A DNA stretch of 64,000 nucleotides. Origin: Gammaproteobacteria bacterium (lineage in GTDB: Bacteria > Pseudomonadota > Gammaproteobacteria > Ga0077536). Below, in pieces: positions 38,391-49,069 of the stretch. The stretch spans positions 800,001-864,000 of the forward strand of contig CAXXLL010000003.1 in assembly GCA_963662545.2 (NCBI GenBank). The letters are read 5' to 3'. Under the pieces are notes generated by a model, which was not told the origin of the DNA, did no database searches, and was given only the letters and a program-made list of their open reading frames with translations. Position numbers and translations under genes: made by a program. Every line of letters begins with the position of its first letter. Within the stretch, counting starts at the first letter, position 1.

Positions 38391-39511
38391 TGAACGCGAA
38401 AACCGTCGGCCTCGCCCTGCTGACTCTTGCCGTCATCGGATTGGCCTGGAAAGTAAGCGAGGACAAGGCGCCTCAAACCGAGATGGTTCGCACATACCTG
38501 CATCCCGGCCTCATTGACCGCTTGAACGACATCGGTCGCGTCCATCTGAAATCCGCTGAACACGAAACGATTCTCGTGCGGGACCACGACGCTTGGAAAG
38601 TTGAAAACCGCGACGGGTTTCCAGCGGAATTTGCCCATGTTAAACGTGCGGTTTTGCAGATGGCCGAGCTCAAGCTCGTTGAGGAAAAAACGACGATTCC
38701 AGAGAATTATCCGCGTATCGGTGTCGCCGATATCGACTCCGACGAAGCCGACGGTACACTCATCGAACTCACCACGGACACCAATGAGGCCATAGCCGCC
38801 TTGGTGATCGGAAATGCGCTAAACACCGGCGCCCGGAAACAGCATTACGTTCGCAAGCTTGGCGGCCAGCAATCATGGCTCGTCGCGGGTGAACTCGACA
38901 TTTCCGCCGAGACATATAAATGGCACGAATCCGATATTACCGACATCGATACGCAGCGAGTGAAACAGGTTTCCATACAAACGCAAGAAGGCGAGACAAT
39001 CCTGGTTGCCAAGTCGGATTCGTCGAAGAACTATTTTGAGCTTGCAAACATTCCGGAAGGGTATGAAGCCAAATCGAAAGCAACGATCTCGAGCATCGGA
39101 GCAATCCTACTATCCCTGAAATTCAACGACGTGGCATCTGCGACACGGGTCGGGCAGCTCACGTCGATTAAGCAAATCGAACTACAGACCTTCGATGGTC
39201 TCGTCGCTACACTCGAAGAGTTCGAGCTCGAGGGTAGATCACTCGTACGATTCGATTTTTCCTTCGACCCCGAACTCCTCGAAGCCGAGGAAGAGGAAGA
39301 GGAAGAAGGGGAGGCAGAAAAGACCGATGGCGAGGACGAGTCGCGAGAGACCGGCGCCGCCGAAGCCGTAGCAGACGAAGCCGCGCGTCTCAAGAAGAGT
39401 ACGGCACAATGGGTATATGAATTACCCGATTACAAAATGCGAACCATCAACAAGCGCTTCGAGGACCTCATCAAGGAGAGCGAAGCTCCCGACGAATCAA
39501 ACGATGAGTGA
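38390..39511 (+). CDS. DUF4340-like membrane-anchored protein
   Basis: N-terminal TM, YVR..G..QSWL motif, acidic Glu run; usual partner of GldG. Confidence 0.75.
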   Translation: MNAKTVGLALLTLAVIGLAWKVSEDKAPQTEMVRTYLHPGLIDRLNDIGRVHLKSAEHETILVRDHDAWKVENRDGFPAEFAHVKRAVLQMAELKLVEEKTTIPENYPRIGVADIDSDEADGTLIELTTDTNEAIAALVIGNALNTGARKQHYVRKLGGQQSWLVAGELDISAETYKWHESDITDIDTQRVKQVSIQTQEGETILVAKSDSSKNYFELANIPEGYEAKSKATISSIGAILLSLKFNDVASATRVGQLTSIKQIELQTFDGLVATLEEFELEGRSLVRFDFSFDPELLEAEEEEEEEGEAEKTDGEDESRETGAAEAVADEAARLKKSTAQWVYELPDYKMRTINKRFEDLIKESEAPDESNDE

Positions 39512-39579
39512 GATAGGATGATTTTCCAGACGGTGCAGGGTGATCACCGGTCCCGAAAGCAACACATGCATTCACGCCT

Positions 39580-39743
39580 AGCAGCCTGTCGGACTTAGGA
39601 TGAATTGACTTGGGCGTTGGGATAGCAGTCCAGATGTGCCATGGTTTTCGTTAAATAGCACCACTATTCGCCTCAAACCATGACACCTCTCAGACCTCTC
39701 TCCCAACCGCCTCGCTACGATTCCCTAAGTCCGACAGGCTGCT
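39580..39743 (-). mobile_element. MITE family A, copy 3 (inverted)
   Basis: 164 bp with CTAG at both ends (39578-39581 and 39742-39745). Confidence 0.9.
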
Positions 39744-39749
39744 AGCCTA

Positions 39750-40313
39750 TCAATGAACGCTGTCACTCGATCCGCAGCTGGCGGGTAGCGCAGCCGTCAA
39801 CTTGCGCAAGACGCGCCAACCGTTCGAGCTTCCGAGATCCCGCCACAAATGATAAGCGTTAAATCCGTCGATGCATGGCTTGCCCGATTGCAAAAGGCGC
39901 ACGGTTTGCAAAGTATCCATCGCGAGGACGAACTCATCACCCAATAATGCGTGAAGGTCCGAACCGTATCTAGAGGCGTACTCGCGATAGGCATTGCGGC
40001 CAACCTGAACGAAATAGGCTACCGGAATTCCCTTGCGGATCGCGTTTTCGGGAAACAGTCCGGCCAGCAATAAGCACTGATCGCCGATAAGCGCCGGATC
40101 CACGGTGTCTGCCATGAGCATTTGGTTGAGACGATCGAGCAGCCCTATTTCCGGATCCATCCCGATCATCTCGACGCCAATCTGTCGGAATAGCATGCTG
40201 ATCATGTATTCCTCGGCCGCCGGAGAAATACGTACACCCCCCGCGATCTGGGCGTGCGTCAGTAATGCGCGCCAGCCGGCGGTTTCGACGATGTGCAGGT
40301 CACAACTCTCCAT
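39750..40313 (-). CDS. Conserved hypothetical protein
   Basis: 187-aa ORF with SD-like GAGG; motif GDQCLLLAGLFP...YFVQVGRNAY; helical. Confidence 0.8.
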   Translation of the reverse strand: MESCDLHIVETAGWRALLTHAQIAGGVRISPAAEEYMISMLFRQIGVEMIGMDPEIGLLDRLNQMLMADTVDPALIGDQCLLLAGLFPENAIRKGIPVAYFVQVGRNAYREYASRYGSDLHALLGDEFVLAMDTLQTVRLLQSGKPCIDGFNAYHLWRDLGSSNGWRVLRKLTAALPASCGSSDSVH

Positions 40314-40366
40314 GGGCGAAATCCTCTTGTGGGATCTGTGTCGGCTCGCCCGCGCCGAACTTTAAC

Positions 40367-40645
40367 CGGCGGGCTAGCTCGCATATTGCATGAAGGACGG
40401 CGGTGCCGGCTGAGGACAGGTGCGTCTGGACGCCGGTCTGGAGCTCGAGTCATAGCGGTTGCTATGGCGAGAGTGAAGACCAAGTCCAGGCGTGCATGGA
40501 CCAGCCGGGGCGTCGTAGGCCGCAAGCGACGGTACCCATTGCGACTGGCTCAAATATCGTCGAATGGCCGAATTGATCTTGTTTGTTAAACAAAGTCTCT
40601 GAGCGCCGCGACCGCCTTTGTGCAATATGCGGGCTGGACCCGCCG
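40367..40645 (+). ncRNA. Candidate structured RNA / long-stem element of unknown class
   Basis: The termini form a ~34-bp interrupted stem whose mismatches are G-U pairs on the + strand; several internal hairpins. Confidence 0.45.
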
Positions 40646-40721
40646 CGGCATACTAAACCTTGAAGTCTACCGCTATACTTTCGCCCCCAAGTTCTCCCGC
40701 CCCTTTTTCGCCGAACTTAGC

Positions 40722-41648
40722 ATGAGCACGCTGCCATCCTCACCCCAAACGTTTCAGGCGCTCATTTTCGAATTGCAGCGATTTTGGAGCGACCTCGACT
40801 GTGTTATCGCCCAACCATACGACATGGAAATGGGCGCTGGGACCTTTCACCCAGCCACGTTTCTGCGCGCCATAGGTCCAGAGCCCTGGCGCGTCGCTTA
40901 CGTACAGGCTTCGCGGCGCCCGACCGACGGGCGCTACGGGGACAATCCGAATCGGCTGCAGCACTATTACCAGTTTCAGGTGCTGCTCAAACCGTCACCG
41001 AACGATATTCAAAATCTGTACCTCGATTCAATGCGCGCGCTCGGCATCGATTTACTCGTGCATGACTTGAGGTTCGTCGAAGATAACTGGGAATCGCCCA
41101 CCCTGGGCGCCTGGGGCTTGGGCTGGGAGGTCTGGTTGAACGGCATGGAGATCACCCAGTTCACCTATTTCCAGCAGGTTGGCGGGCTCGACTGTCGGCC
41201 GGTATCCGGGGAGATCACTTACGGGCTGGAGCGGATCGCAATGGTTCTGCAGGGGGTGGACTCGGTTTATGACGTCATTTGGGCAGCGTCCGACACCCGT
41301 CGGGTCACTTACGGCGACGTTTACTTTCAGAACGAAGTCGAGATGTCCGCCTACAATTTCGAGCACGCAGATACCAAGGCCTTGTTCGCATGGTTCGACC
41401 AATGCGAAGTAGAGGCCAATCGCCTCATCGAGCTCAACCTGCCGCTGCCGGCCTACGAACAAATGGTCAAGGCCTCTCATACTTTCAACCTGCTCGACGC
41501 ACGCCGCGTCATTTCGGTAACCGAGCGCCAACGATACATTCAGCGTGTTCGCAGCCTCGGGCGCGCCATCGCGAAAGCCTATTACGCCGCTCGTGAAGCG
41601 CTCGGCTTTCCAATGGCCGTCCGAGCGACATCGGCTTCCGCCGGATAG
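40722..41648 (+). CDS. glyQ: Glycine--tRNA ligase alpha subunit
   Basis: [39 protein letters not shown]. Confidence 0.98.
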   Translation: MSTLPSSPQTFQALIFELQRFWSDLDCVIAQPYDMEMGAGTFHPATFLRAIGPEPWRVAYVQASRRPTDGRYGDNPNRLQHYYQFQVLLKPSPNDIQNLYLDSMRALGIDLLVHDLRFVEDNWESPTLGAWGLGWEVWLNGMEITQFTYFQQVGGLDCRPVSGEITYGLERIAMVLQGVDSVYDVIWAASDTRRVTYGDVYFQNEVEMSAYNFEHADTKALFAWFDQCEVEANRLIELNLPLPAYEQMVKASHTFNLLDARRVISVTERQRYIQRVRSLGRAIAKAYYAAREALGFPMAVRATSASAG

Positions 41649-41650
41649 CG

Positions 41651-43723
41651 ATGAAAAAAGATCTATTGATCGAGCTCGGAACGGAAGAATTACCACCGAA
41701 ATCTCTGCTTCGCCTGTCGCAAGCTTTCTCCTTGAACGTCGAGGAGGGATTGAAAACAGCCAGATTAGCGTTCGGCGTAATCGAGCCGTATGCGACGCCG
41801 CGGCGGTTGGCGCTGATCGTGAAAGGACTCGCAGCGGAGCAACCGGATCGCATTGAACAACGCCGCGGACCGGCTCTGAACGTCGCTTTTGATCAATCCG
41901 GCCGACCGACGCGGGCAGCCGAAGGATTTGCCCGTTCCTGCGGGGTAGCAGTCACGGATCTCGGCCGCTTGAAAACCGATGACGGCGAGTGGCTCGCCTA
42001 CGATCTTCACATCGACGGTCGTAGTTCCGCTGAGGTGCTGCCGGGCATCGTATCCGAAGCCCTGGCGAGCCTGCCGGTATCCAAACGCATGCGCTGGGGC
42101 GAGCACTCGGTCGAATTCGTACGGCCCGTCCACTGGCTCGTCATGTTGTACGGTGCCGGTGTCGTCGAGTGCGAAATCCTGGGACTTGCGGCCGGACGTG
42201 TTACATACGGGCACCGATTTCATCACCCCACCCCGATCGAACTTCAACATCCCGACGACTATGCCGGCGAGCTGGAAAAAACCGGGTGGGTGATCCCAGG
42301 GTTCGCAAAACGTCGTGATCACATTCGCTCATTGATCGAGGCCTGCGTGGGCGAAAATGACGATACGGTACTGATCGACGCTGATCTCATCGACGAAGTG
42401 ACGGCGCTCGTCGAATGGCCCGTCGCCATAGATGGGAGTTTCGACGAGCACTTTCTCGCGCTTCCCCCAGAGGTGTTGATCGCGTCGATGAAGGATCACC
42501 AGAAGTATTTTCCCGTGCACGATGTCAACGGAAATCTGCGCAATCGTTTCATTGCGATCTGCAATATCGAAAGCCGCGATCCGATGGTCGTGCGCTCGGG
42601 GAACGAACGGGTTATTCGTCCGCGCCTCAGCGACGCCGAATTCTTCTGGAAAACCGATCGCGCCCAGCGTCTGGAGGCGCGCCACGAACTATTGTCCGAT
42701 ATGGTATTCGAAAAACGCCTGGGCTCCCTGCTAGACAAAACCAAGCGTGTCGAGGAAATTTCGAAACGCATCGCCAACACCTTCGGTGCTGATCCGGAAT
42801 CTGTCTCACGCGCGGCTCATCTTTCACGCTGTGACCTGTTGTCGGAGATGGTCGGTGAATTTCCGGAACTACAGGGGACGATGGGTCGCTATTACGCGCT
42901 GGCGGACGGAGAACCGGAAGCCGTGTGCGAAGCTCTGGGAGATTTTTACAGGCCGCGATTCGCGGGCGACGCGATTCCCGGTTCATCTGCCGGACGGTGT
43001 ATTGCGTTGGCTGACAAGCTGGATACGCTGGTCGGCATATTCGGTATTGGATCGATGCCCACGGGCGATAAAGATCCGTACGCATTACGACGCGCCGCGC
43101 TCGGATTACTGCGCATTCTCATTGAAGGCGAAATAGGCCTCGATTTACGCAGCGCGATCTCAACTACAGTTGCGGCTTATGGAGAGATCAACCTGGTCGA
43201 GAATACTTCGAACAAGGTCTACGCTTTCGTTCGTGACCGGATGCGTGGCTATTTCGTGGACCGCGGCGCACCGACGGACGCCTGCGATGCTGTATGGGCC
43301 AACGATCCAGGCTCACCGCTCGAAACGGCCCGTCGTCTCGGCGCCGTTACCGGTTTTCGGGAAATGGATGCGGCGATTGCACTGGCCAGTGCGAACAAGC
43401 GCATCGCCAACATTCTGAAAAAGCTCGAGCGGGAACCGCCACTCATGGTCGACCGAGATCTGCTGGCTGAGCCGGAGGAAAGAACCCTCGCGGATCAATA
43501 CAACGCTCTCGCGAGTGAGGCGGAGGATCTCTTTATTGGACAGGAATACACGCGGTACATGGAACTACTGGCGGGTCTTCGCGATCCGGTTGACGCATTC
43601 TTCGACAACGTTTTGGTGATGTGTGAAGACGAGCGTCTACGCGACAATCGGCTCGCATTATTATCGTCATTGCACGTTTTGTTCACTCGGGTCGCTGACA
43701 TCGGCAAACTGCATAACGGGTGA
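41651..43723 (+). CDS. glyS: Glycine--tRNA ligase beta subunit
   Basis: ELGTEELPP, TPRRL, EFPELQG.MG, DPYALRR. Confidence 0.97.
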   Translation: MKKDLLIELGTEELPPKSLLRLSQAFSLNVEEGLKTARLAFGVIEPYATPRRLALIVKGLAAEQPDRIEQRRGPALNVAFDQSGRPTRAAEGFARSCGVAVTDLGRLKTDDGEWLAYDLHIDGRSSAEVLPGIVSEALASLPVSKRMRWGEHSVEFVRPVHWLVMLYGAGVVECEILGLAAGRVTYGHRFHHPTPIELQHPDDYAGELEKTGWVIPGFAKRRDHIRSLIEACVGENDDTVLIDADLIDEVTALVEWPVAIDGSFDEHFLALPPEVLIASMKDHQKYFPVHDVNGNLRNRFIAICNIESRDPMVVRSGNERVIRPRLSDAEFFWKTDRAQRLEARHELLSDMVFEKRLGSLLDKTKRVEEISKRIANTFGADPESVSRAAHLSRCDLLSEMVGEFPELQGTMGRYYALADGEPEAVCEALGDFYRPRFAGDAIPGSSAGRCIALADKLDTLVGIFGIGSMPTGDKDPYALRRAALGLLRILIEGEIGLDLRSAISTTVAAYGEINLVENTSNKVYAFVRDRMRGYFVDRGAPTDACDAVWANDPGSPLETARRLGAVTGFREMDAAIALASANKRIANILKKLEREPPLMVDRDLLAEPEERTLADQYNALASEAEDLFIGQEYTRYMELLAGLRDPVDAFFDNVLVMCEDERLRDNRLALLSSLHVLFTRVADIGKLHNG

Positions 43724-44274
43724 CTAGCAGGCTTGTGCGTTCGCTAATTCTAGATCGCGACGGCGTCATCAATGAGGACTCGAGGGATTTCATCCGATCT
43801 CCGGCCGATTTTCGTCCGCTTCCAGGCAGTCTTGAAGCAATCGCGCGCGCGCAAAGCGTGGGATTCCGAATAATCGTCGTAAGCAATCAGTCGGGAATCT
43901 CACGTGGCTTGTTCGACATCGCCGCCCTCAATGCAATCCATCGCCGGTTGCTCGACGATCTGGCGCGCTACGGCGCATCGATCGATGCGTTCTTCTTTTG
44001 TCCTCACGGCGCCGACGACAACTGCTTGTGCCGTAAACCGAAACCCGGGCTGCTGAAGGCGATCCAGGATCGCCTGGGAATCGATTTAGCGCAGACGGCG
44101 TTCGTTGGCGATAAAGTCAGCGATCTCACGGCTGCGGTTAAAGTCGGCGCGCGACCCCTATTGGTTCGTACCGGGCTCGACGTAATTGACGTCGAGACAT
44201 TGAGGGCTATTGGCGACATCGAGGTGTTTGACGACCTGATGGGCGCCGTGAGTGCGGTCATCGCACAATCATGA
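43720..44274 (+). CDS. gmhB: D-glycero-D-manno-heptose-1,7-bisphosphate phosphatase
   Basis: LDRDGVIN, SNQSG, CPH...C.CRKPKPG. Confidence 0.92.
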   Translation: MTSRLVRSLILDRDGVINEDSRDFIRSPADFRPLPGSLEAIARAQSVGFRIIVVSNQSGISRGLFDIAALNAIHRRLLDDLARYGASIDAFFFCPHGADDNCLCRKPKPGLLKAIQDRLGIDLAQTAFVGDKVSDLTAAVKVGARPLLVRTGLDVIDVETLRAIGDIEVFDDLMGAVSAVIAQS

Positions 44275-44990
44275 ATCTCGCGACAATGCGTTCGTTGGTC
44301 TTCTACGCCGGGCTCGCGCCGTTGACCGTGGTTTTCAGCTTTATCGGTATTGCGATCCTGCCGCTGCCCCGGACCTGGCGTTACGCCGTCATTACGCGCT
44401 GGTCGGTACTTACCATTGCGTGGCTTCGTGTGTCATGCGGCTTGAGTTGGCACCTGAGCGGCGCACAACACATTCCCGCGGATCCGGGCGTGATCATGTG
44501 CAAGCATCAATCCGCCTGGGAAACGATCGCTTTGCAGCTCATCTTTCCCCGTCAATCCCAGGTTTTGAAACGCGAACTTTTGAGGGTGCCTTTTTTCGGT
44601 TGGGGCCTCGCCAGCCTGAACCCGATCGCCATCGACCGCGGCGCCGGATCGAAAGCCTTGCGCACCGTCCTCGCGCTCGGGAGCGAGCGGATCCAGGACG
44701 GTTGGTGGGTGCTGTTATTCCCGGAGGGAACGCGCATACCGGTGGGCGATAAAGGGCGCTATACGCAAACTGGCGGCGCCCTGGCGCTGCGCTGCGGAAG
44801 GCCTGTCGTTCCTGTCGCGCACAACGCGGGAATTTTCTGGGCGCGAAACGCGCTGACCAAGTACCCCGGTACGATCGAAGTCGTCGTCGGGCCACCTATA
44901 GATACGGACGGCAAATCGACAAAACTCATAACGCAGGAGGTAGAAGCCTGGATTGAAAACACCTGCAGTGAACTGCCCAGTACCCGCTGA
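44271..44990 (+). CDS. plsC: 1-acyl-sn-glycerol-3-phosphate acyltransferase
   Basis: KHQSAWET and FPEGTR motifs. Confidence 0.9.
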   Translation: MNLATMRSLVFYAGLAPLTVVFSFIGIAILPLPRTWRYAVITRWSVLTIAWLRVSCGLSWHLSGAQHIPADPGVIMCKHQSAWETIALQLIFPRQSQVLKRELLRVPFFGWGLASLNPIAIDRGAGSKALRTVLALGSERIQDGWWVLLFPEGTRIPVGDKGRYTQTGGALALRCGRPVVPVAHNAGIFWARNALTKYPGTIEVVVGPPIDTDGKSTKLITQEVEAWIENTCSELPSTR

Positions 44991-45019
44991 TCCGTACGCG
45001 GGCGTATCAAGCCATCTAA

Positions 45020-45182
45020 GCAACCTCTGAATAAGTTATGGCACACCTGCCTTGCCCATGAAATCGCGGAGCCTTAACCGACGAATCTTGCCAATAGTTC
45101 CCGCTATGGCCTGCGATTCGTGCCTTGATCGGCACGATTTCATGCACCATTCACCCGCACCATAAACTTACTCAGAGGTTCC
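45020..45182. mobile_element. MITE family B (IS5-like ends)
   Basis: TIRs GCAACCTCTGAATAAG / CTTACTCAGAGGTTCC flanked by a CTAA direct repeat; palindromic interior. Confidence 0.75.
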
Positions 45183-45370
45183 CTAAGTCGAGCACGCCGC
45201 GTTGCAGTGTGGGAAACGATGGCCGGCGCAGGACAGTGGTGAGAAATTCGCAGTAGACGCGAAGCCCGGCGATGCCTGGCATTGTGATGCCTGTTTCAGC
45301 TACGGGGATGTGGTCAAATAGTACCGCAAGCCCGTCATGGGCCCGGCTCCTTTATTTCGAGGCCGAATGA

Positions 45371-46387
<1,017 letters not shown>

Positions 46388-46414
46388 TCGCCGCATTTGG
46401 AGCTCGGATGGCCC

Positions 46415-47824
46415 CTATACGTCCAACGCCAGTTCCTTAATCTTTCGCGTCAGGGTATTGCGTCCCCAGCCCAGCAACTTCGCTGCCTCCTGACGTCGTC
46501 CGTGCGTCGTATTGAGGGCGACGCGAATCATTGCACTCTCAAAGCGCGGAACGGCTTCGTCGAGTATCGGCGTATCCGTATTTTTGAGCCGCCGCTCCGC
46601 CCACCGTCTTAGTGCGGATTCCCAGTCCTCGCCATCATTGCTACCGGTATGGGACCCCGTCAGTAATTCGTGCGGTAGGTCCTCACGCTCGATCTCACGC
46701 GAGGGTGCCATGATCATGATTCGCCGGCAGACGTTTTCGAGCTCCCGGACGTTTCCCGGCCAGTCGAAATTGCGCATGACTTCCAACGCGCCAGGCGTCA
46801 AACGTTTGGGATCGACATCGAGTTCCGCTGCAGTCGTGCGCAGAAAATGTTCGGCCAGCGCCTCAAGGTCGTCCGTTCGCTGGCGTAAAGCGGGAAGTTC
46901 CAGGCGAATCACGTTTAGGCGGTGAAACAGATCTTCGCGAAATTCGCCGGCGCGAACGCGATCTTCGAGGTACTGGTGGGTCGCTGCGATCACGCGTACA
47001 TCCACGCGTATGGGTTCGTGCCCACCGACCCGGTAAAATTCACCGTCAGCCAGTACACGCAATAGCCGCGTTTGAAGTTCCGCCGGCATATCGCCGATCT
47101 CGTCCAGGAATAAGGTTCCTCCATCGCCCTGTTCGAAACGTCCGATACGCCGCCCGGCCGCCCCGGTAAAAGCACCTTTTTCGTGGCCGAAAAGCTCCGA
47201 TTCCAATAGATCGCGGGGGATCGCGGCCGTATTCAACGCGATGAATGGTTTCATGGCGCGTGGACTGTGTCGATGGAGTGCGCGTGCGACGAGTTCCTTG
47301 CCGCTACCCGATTCACCGGTGAGCAGGACCGTCATGTTCGAATTTGCCAACCGCCCGATCGCACGAAACACTTCCTGCATGGCGGCCGACGAGCCGATGA
47401 TTTCGGGAACTTCAGCGGCCTCCTCCAAGGTCAACGGCGTACCCGGCACCTCCGTCGATTTTCGCAAGGCCCGCTTGACGATCGCGATAACCTCGTCCAC
47501 ATCGAATGGTTTCGGCAGATATTCGAACGCACCACCGCGAAATGACGCCACGGCCCGATCCAAATCGGCGTAGGCCGTCATAATTATCACGGGCAGGTGA
47601 GGATGTTCACTCTGAACGTGCTCCAGCAGGCGCAGACCATCCGTACCGGGCATTCGAATGTCCGTAATGATCACATCCGGTTCGAATTTCCTGAGTCTCG
47701 TCACAACTTTGTCCGCCGTGTCGAAACTGCGGGTCGCGATATGTTCTTTCTCAAGGGCGCGTTCGAGAACCCAGCGAATCGCTTTATCGTCGTCAACGAT
47801 CCACACTTCGTGTTGTCGATTCAC
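46415..47824 (-). CDS. ntrC: Nitrogen regulation response regulator NtrC
   Basis: Receiver domain, GESGSGKE, GAFTGA, HTH LGWGRNTLTRK. Confidence 0.96.
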   Translation of the reverse strand: MNRQHEVWIVDDDKAIRWVLERALEKEHIATRSFDTADKVVTRLRKFEPDVIITDIRMPGTDGLRLLEHVQSEHPHLPVIIMTAYADLDRAVASFRGGAFEYLPKPFDVDEVIAIVKRALRKSTEVPGTPLTLEEAAEVPEIIGSSAAMQEVFRAIGRLANSNMTVLLTGESGSGKELVARALHRHSPRAMKPFIALNTAAIPRDLLESELFGHEKGAFTGAAGRRIGRFEQGDGGTLFLDEIGDMPAELQTRLLRVLADGEFYRVGGHEPIRVDVRVIAATHQYLEDRVRAGEFREDLFHRLNVIRLELPALRQRTDDLEALAEHFLRTTAAELDVDPKRLTPGALEVMRNFDWPGNVRELENVCRRIMIMAPSREIEREDLPHELLTGSHTGSNDGEDWESALRRWAERRLKNTDTPILDEAVPRFESAMIRVALNTTHGRRQEAAKLLGWGRNTLTRKIKELALDV

Positions 47825-48903
47825 TCTGGCACCCCAACCGGTAACCAGACCGAAAATACGGTATAGCCGGGCTCGCTTTCGAAGCCGATCAGACCGCCTT
47901 GCCGGTGTACCAGTGAATGCGCAATGGGAAGTCCCAGACCCGATCCGTCCGCTCTGCCCGATACCAATGGTATGAATATGCTGCTCGCGATCTCGGGGTC
48001 GACACCCGGTCCGAAGTCGATGATCTGCGCCCGTATGACGAGTCGGTGCAGCTTCGAGTCGATCGTAAACTGGCGGTCGACACGCGTTCGCAAAGTGATG
48101 GATTCACCACGACCCTCGACTGCTTGTACAGCATTCCGAACGAGATTGAGGAAAGCCTGGACGAGCTGATCTCGATCCGCGTGAATATCCGGGAGGCTTG
48201 GGTCATAGTCGCGGATGAACTCCACAGATGATTCACGCTCCGCCTCGACGATCTGGCGCACGTGTTCCAGTACGTCGTGAATATTGATCAACTGTTTGAT
48301 CGATTCACCCCGCGGCCCGAGCATGCGATCGACCAGCGTACGCAATCGGTCGGCTTCGCCGATGATTATCTGCGTGTATTCGGCCTGTTTTTGATCTTCG
48401 AGCTCTTTCTCCAACAATTGGGCTGCACCTCGAATGCCACCCAGTGGGTTTTTAATTTCATGGGCCAGACCGCGTAGCAGTGCACTGGTGACGTCGTTCT
48501 GCATGGACATATTGCCCTCGATTTGGGTGCGCTGATGGTGCTCTACATTGGTCATCTCGATCACCACGTAATCGGGTTCGGAATGCTCATGCCACAACGG
48601 GGTGACGGTGTAGCCCACAGTCGCGGTATTGAATCGCGTATTGCGCAGCGCCATGTCCCATTCCGTGAACGATCGACCCTCGTCCAACGCCCGCCGTGCT
48701 GCATCCGCCAGTTCATCGGCGCCCGGCAAGACGTCTTTCAACGATTGCTGTTTGAGCTTGGTTTCGCTGATCGCGAACAGTGACTGCGCAGCGGCGTTGA
48801 CTCTGACCAGGCGCAAATCCCGGTCGAGCAGGATGACTACCGTGATCAGGGCATCGACGAGGTCGAAGTCCGGATTCTGGCAGGCTTCAAGCTGGTCAAT
48901 CAT
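47821..48903 (-). CDS. ntrB: Nitrogen regulation kinase NtrB
   Basis: PAS domain; LAHEIKNPLGGIRGAAQLL. Confidence 0.95.
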   Translation of the reverse strand: MIDQLEACQNPDFDLVDALITVVILLDRDLRLVRVNAAAQSLFAISETKLKQQSLKDVLPGADELADAARRALDEGRSFTEWDMALRNTRFNTATVGYTVTPLWHEHSEPDYVVIEMTNVEHHQRTQIEGNMSMQNDVTSALLRGLAHEIKNPLGGIRGAAQLLEKELEDQKQAEYTQIIIGEADRLRTLVDRMLGPRGESIKQLINIHDVLEHVRQIVEAERESSVEFIRDYDPSLPDIHADRDQLVQAFLNLVRNAVQAVEGRGESITLRTRVDRQFTIDSKLHRLVIRAQIIDFGPGVDPEIASSIFIPLVSGRADGSGLGLPIAHSLVHRQGGLIGFESEPGYTVFSVWLPVGVPE

Positions 48904-48905
48904 TA

Positions 48906-48922
48906 TGCACTATTTTGGTGCG
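48906..48922. promoter_or_regulatory. NtrC binding site at the ntrB promoter
   Basis: TGCACTATTTTGGTGCG matches TGCAC-N7-GTGCA. Confidence 0.8.
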
Positions 48923-49069
48923 AAGGGTCCGCGCGACTCGATTGGCGAACCAACGGCGACAAAATTTGGAACCAATAATCAAACAGTTAAGGGGCGGGTA
49001 GGCCCGCGTCCGAGGGTCACGGCTACGCCTTGCCCCGCTTACCAAGCGCGTTGCAAGAATCGGACCAAA

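Noticed and set aside
40367-40645. 6S RNA, retron ncRNA or paired sigma54 promoters as the identity of the structured element
   Set aside because: It is longer than 6S and lacks the zapA/fau context, no reverse transcriptase is nearby, and the TTGCA motifs lack the -24 GG.
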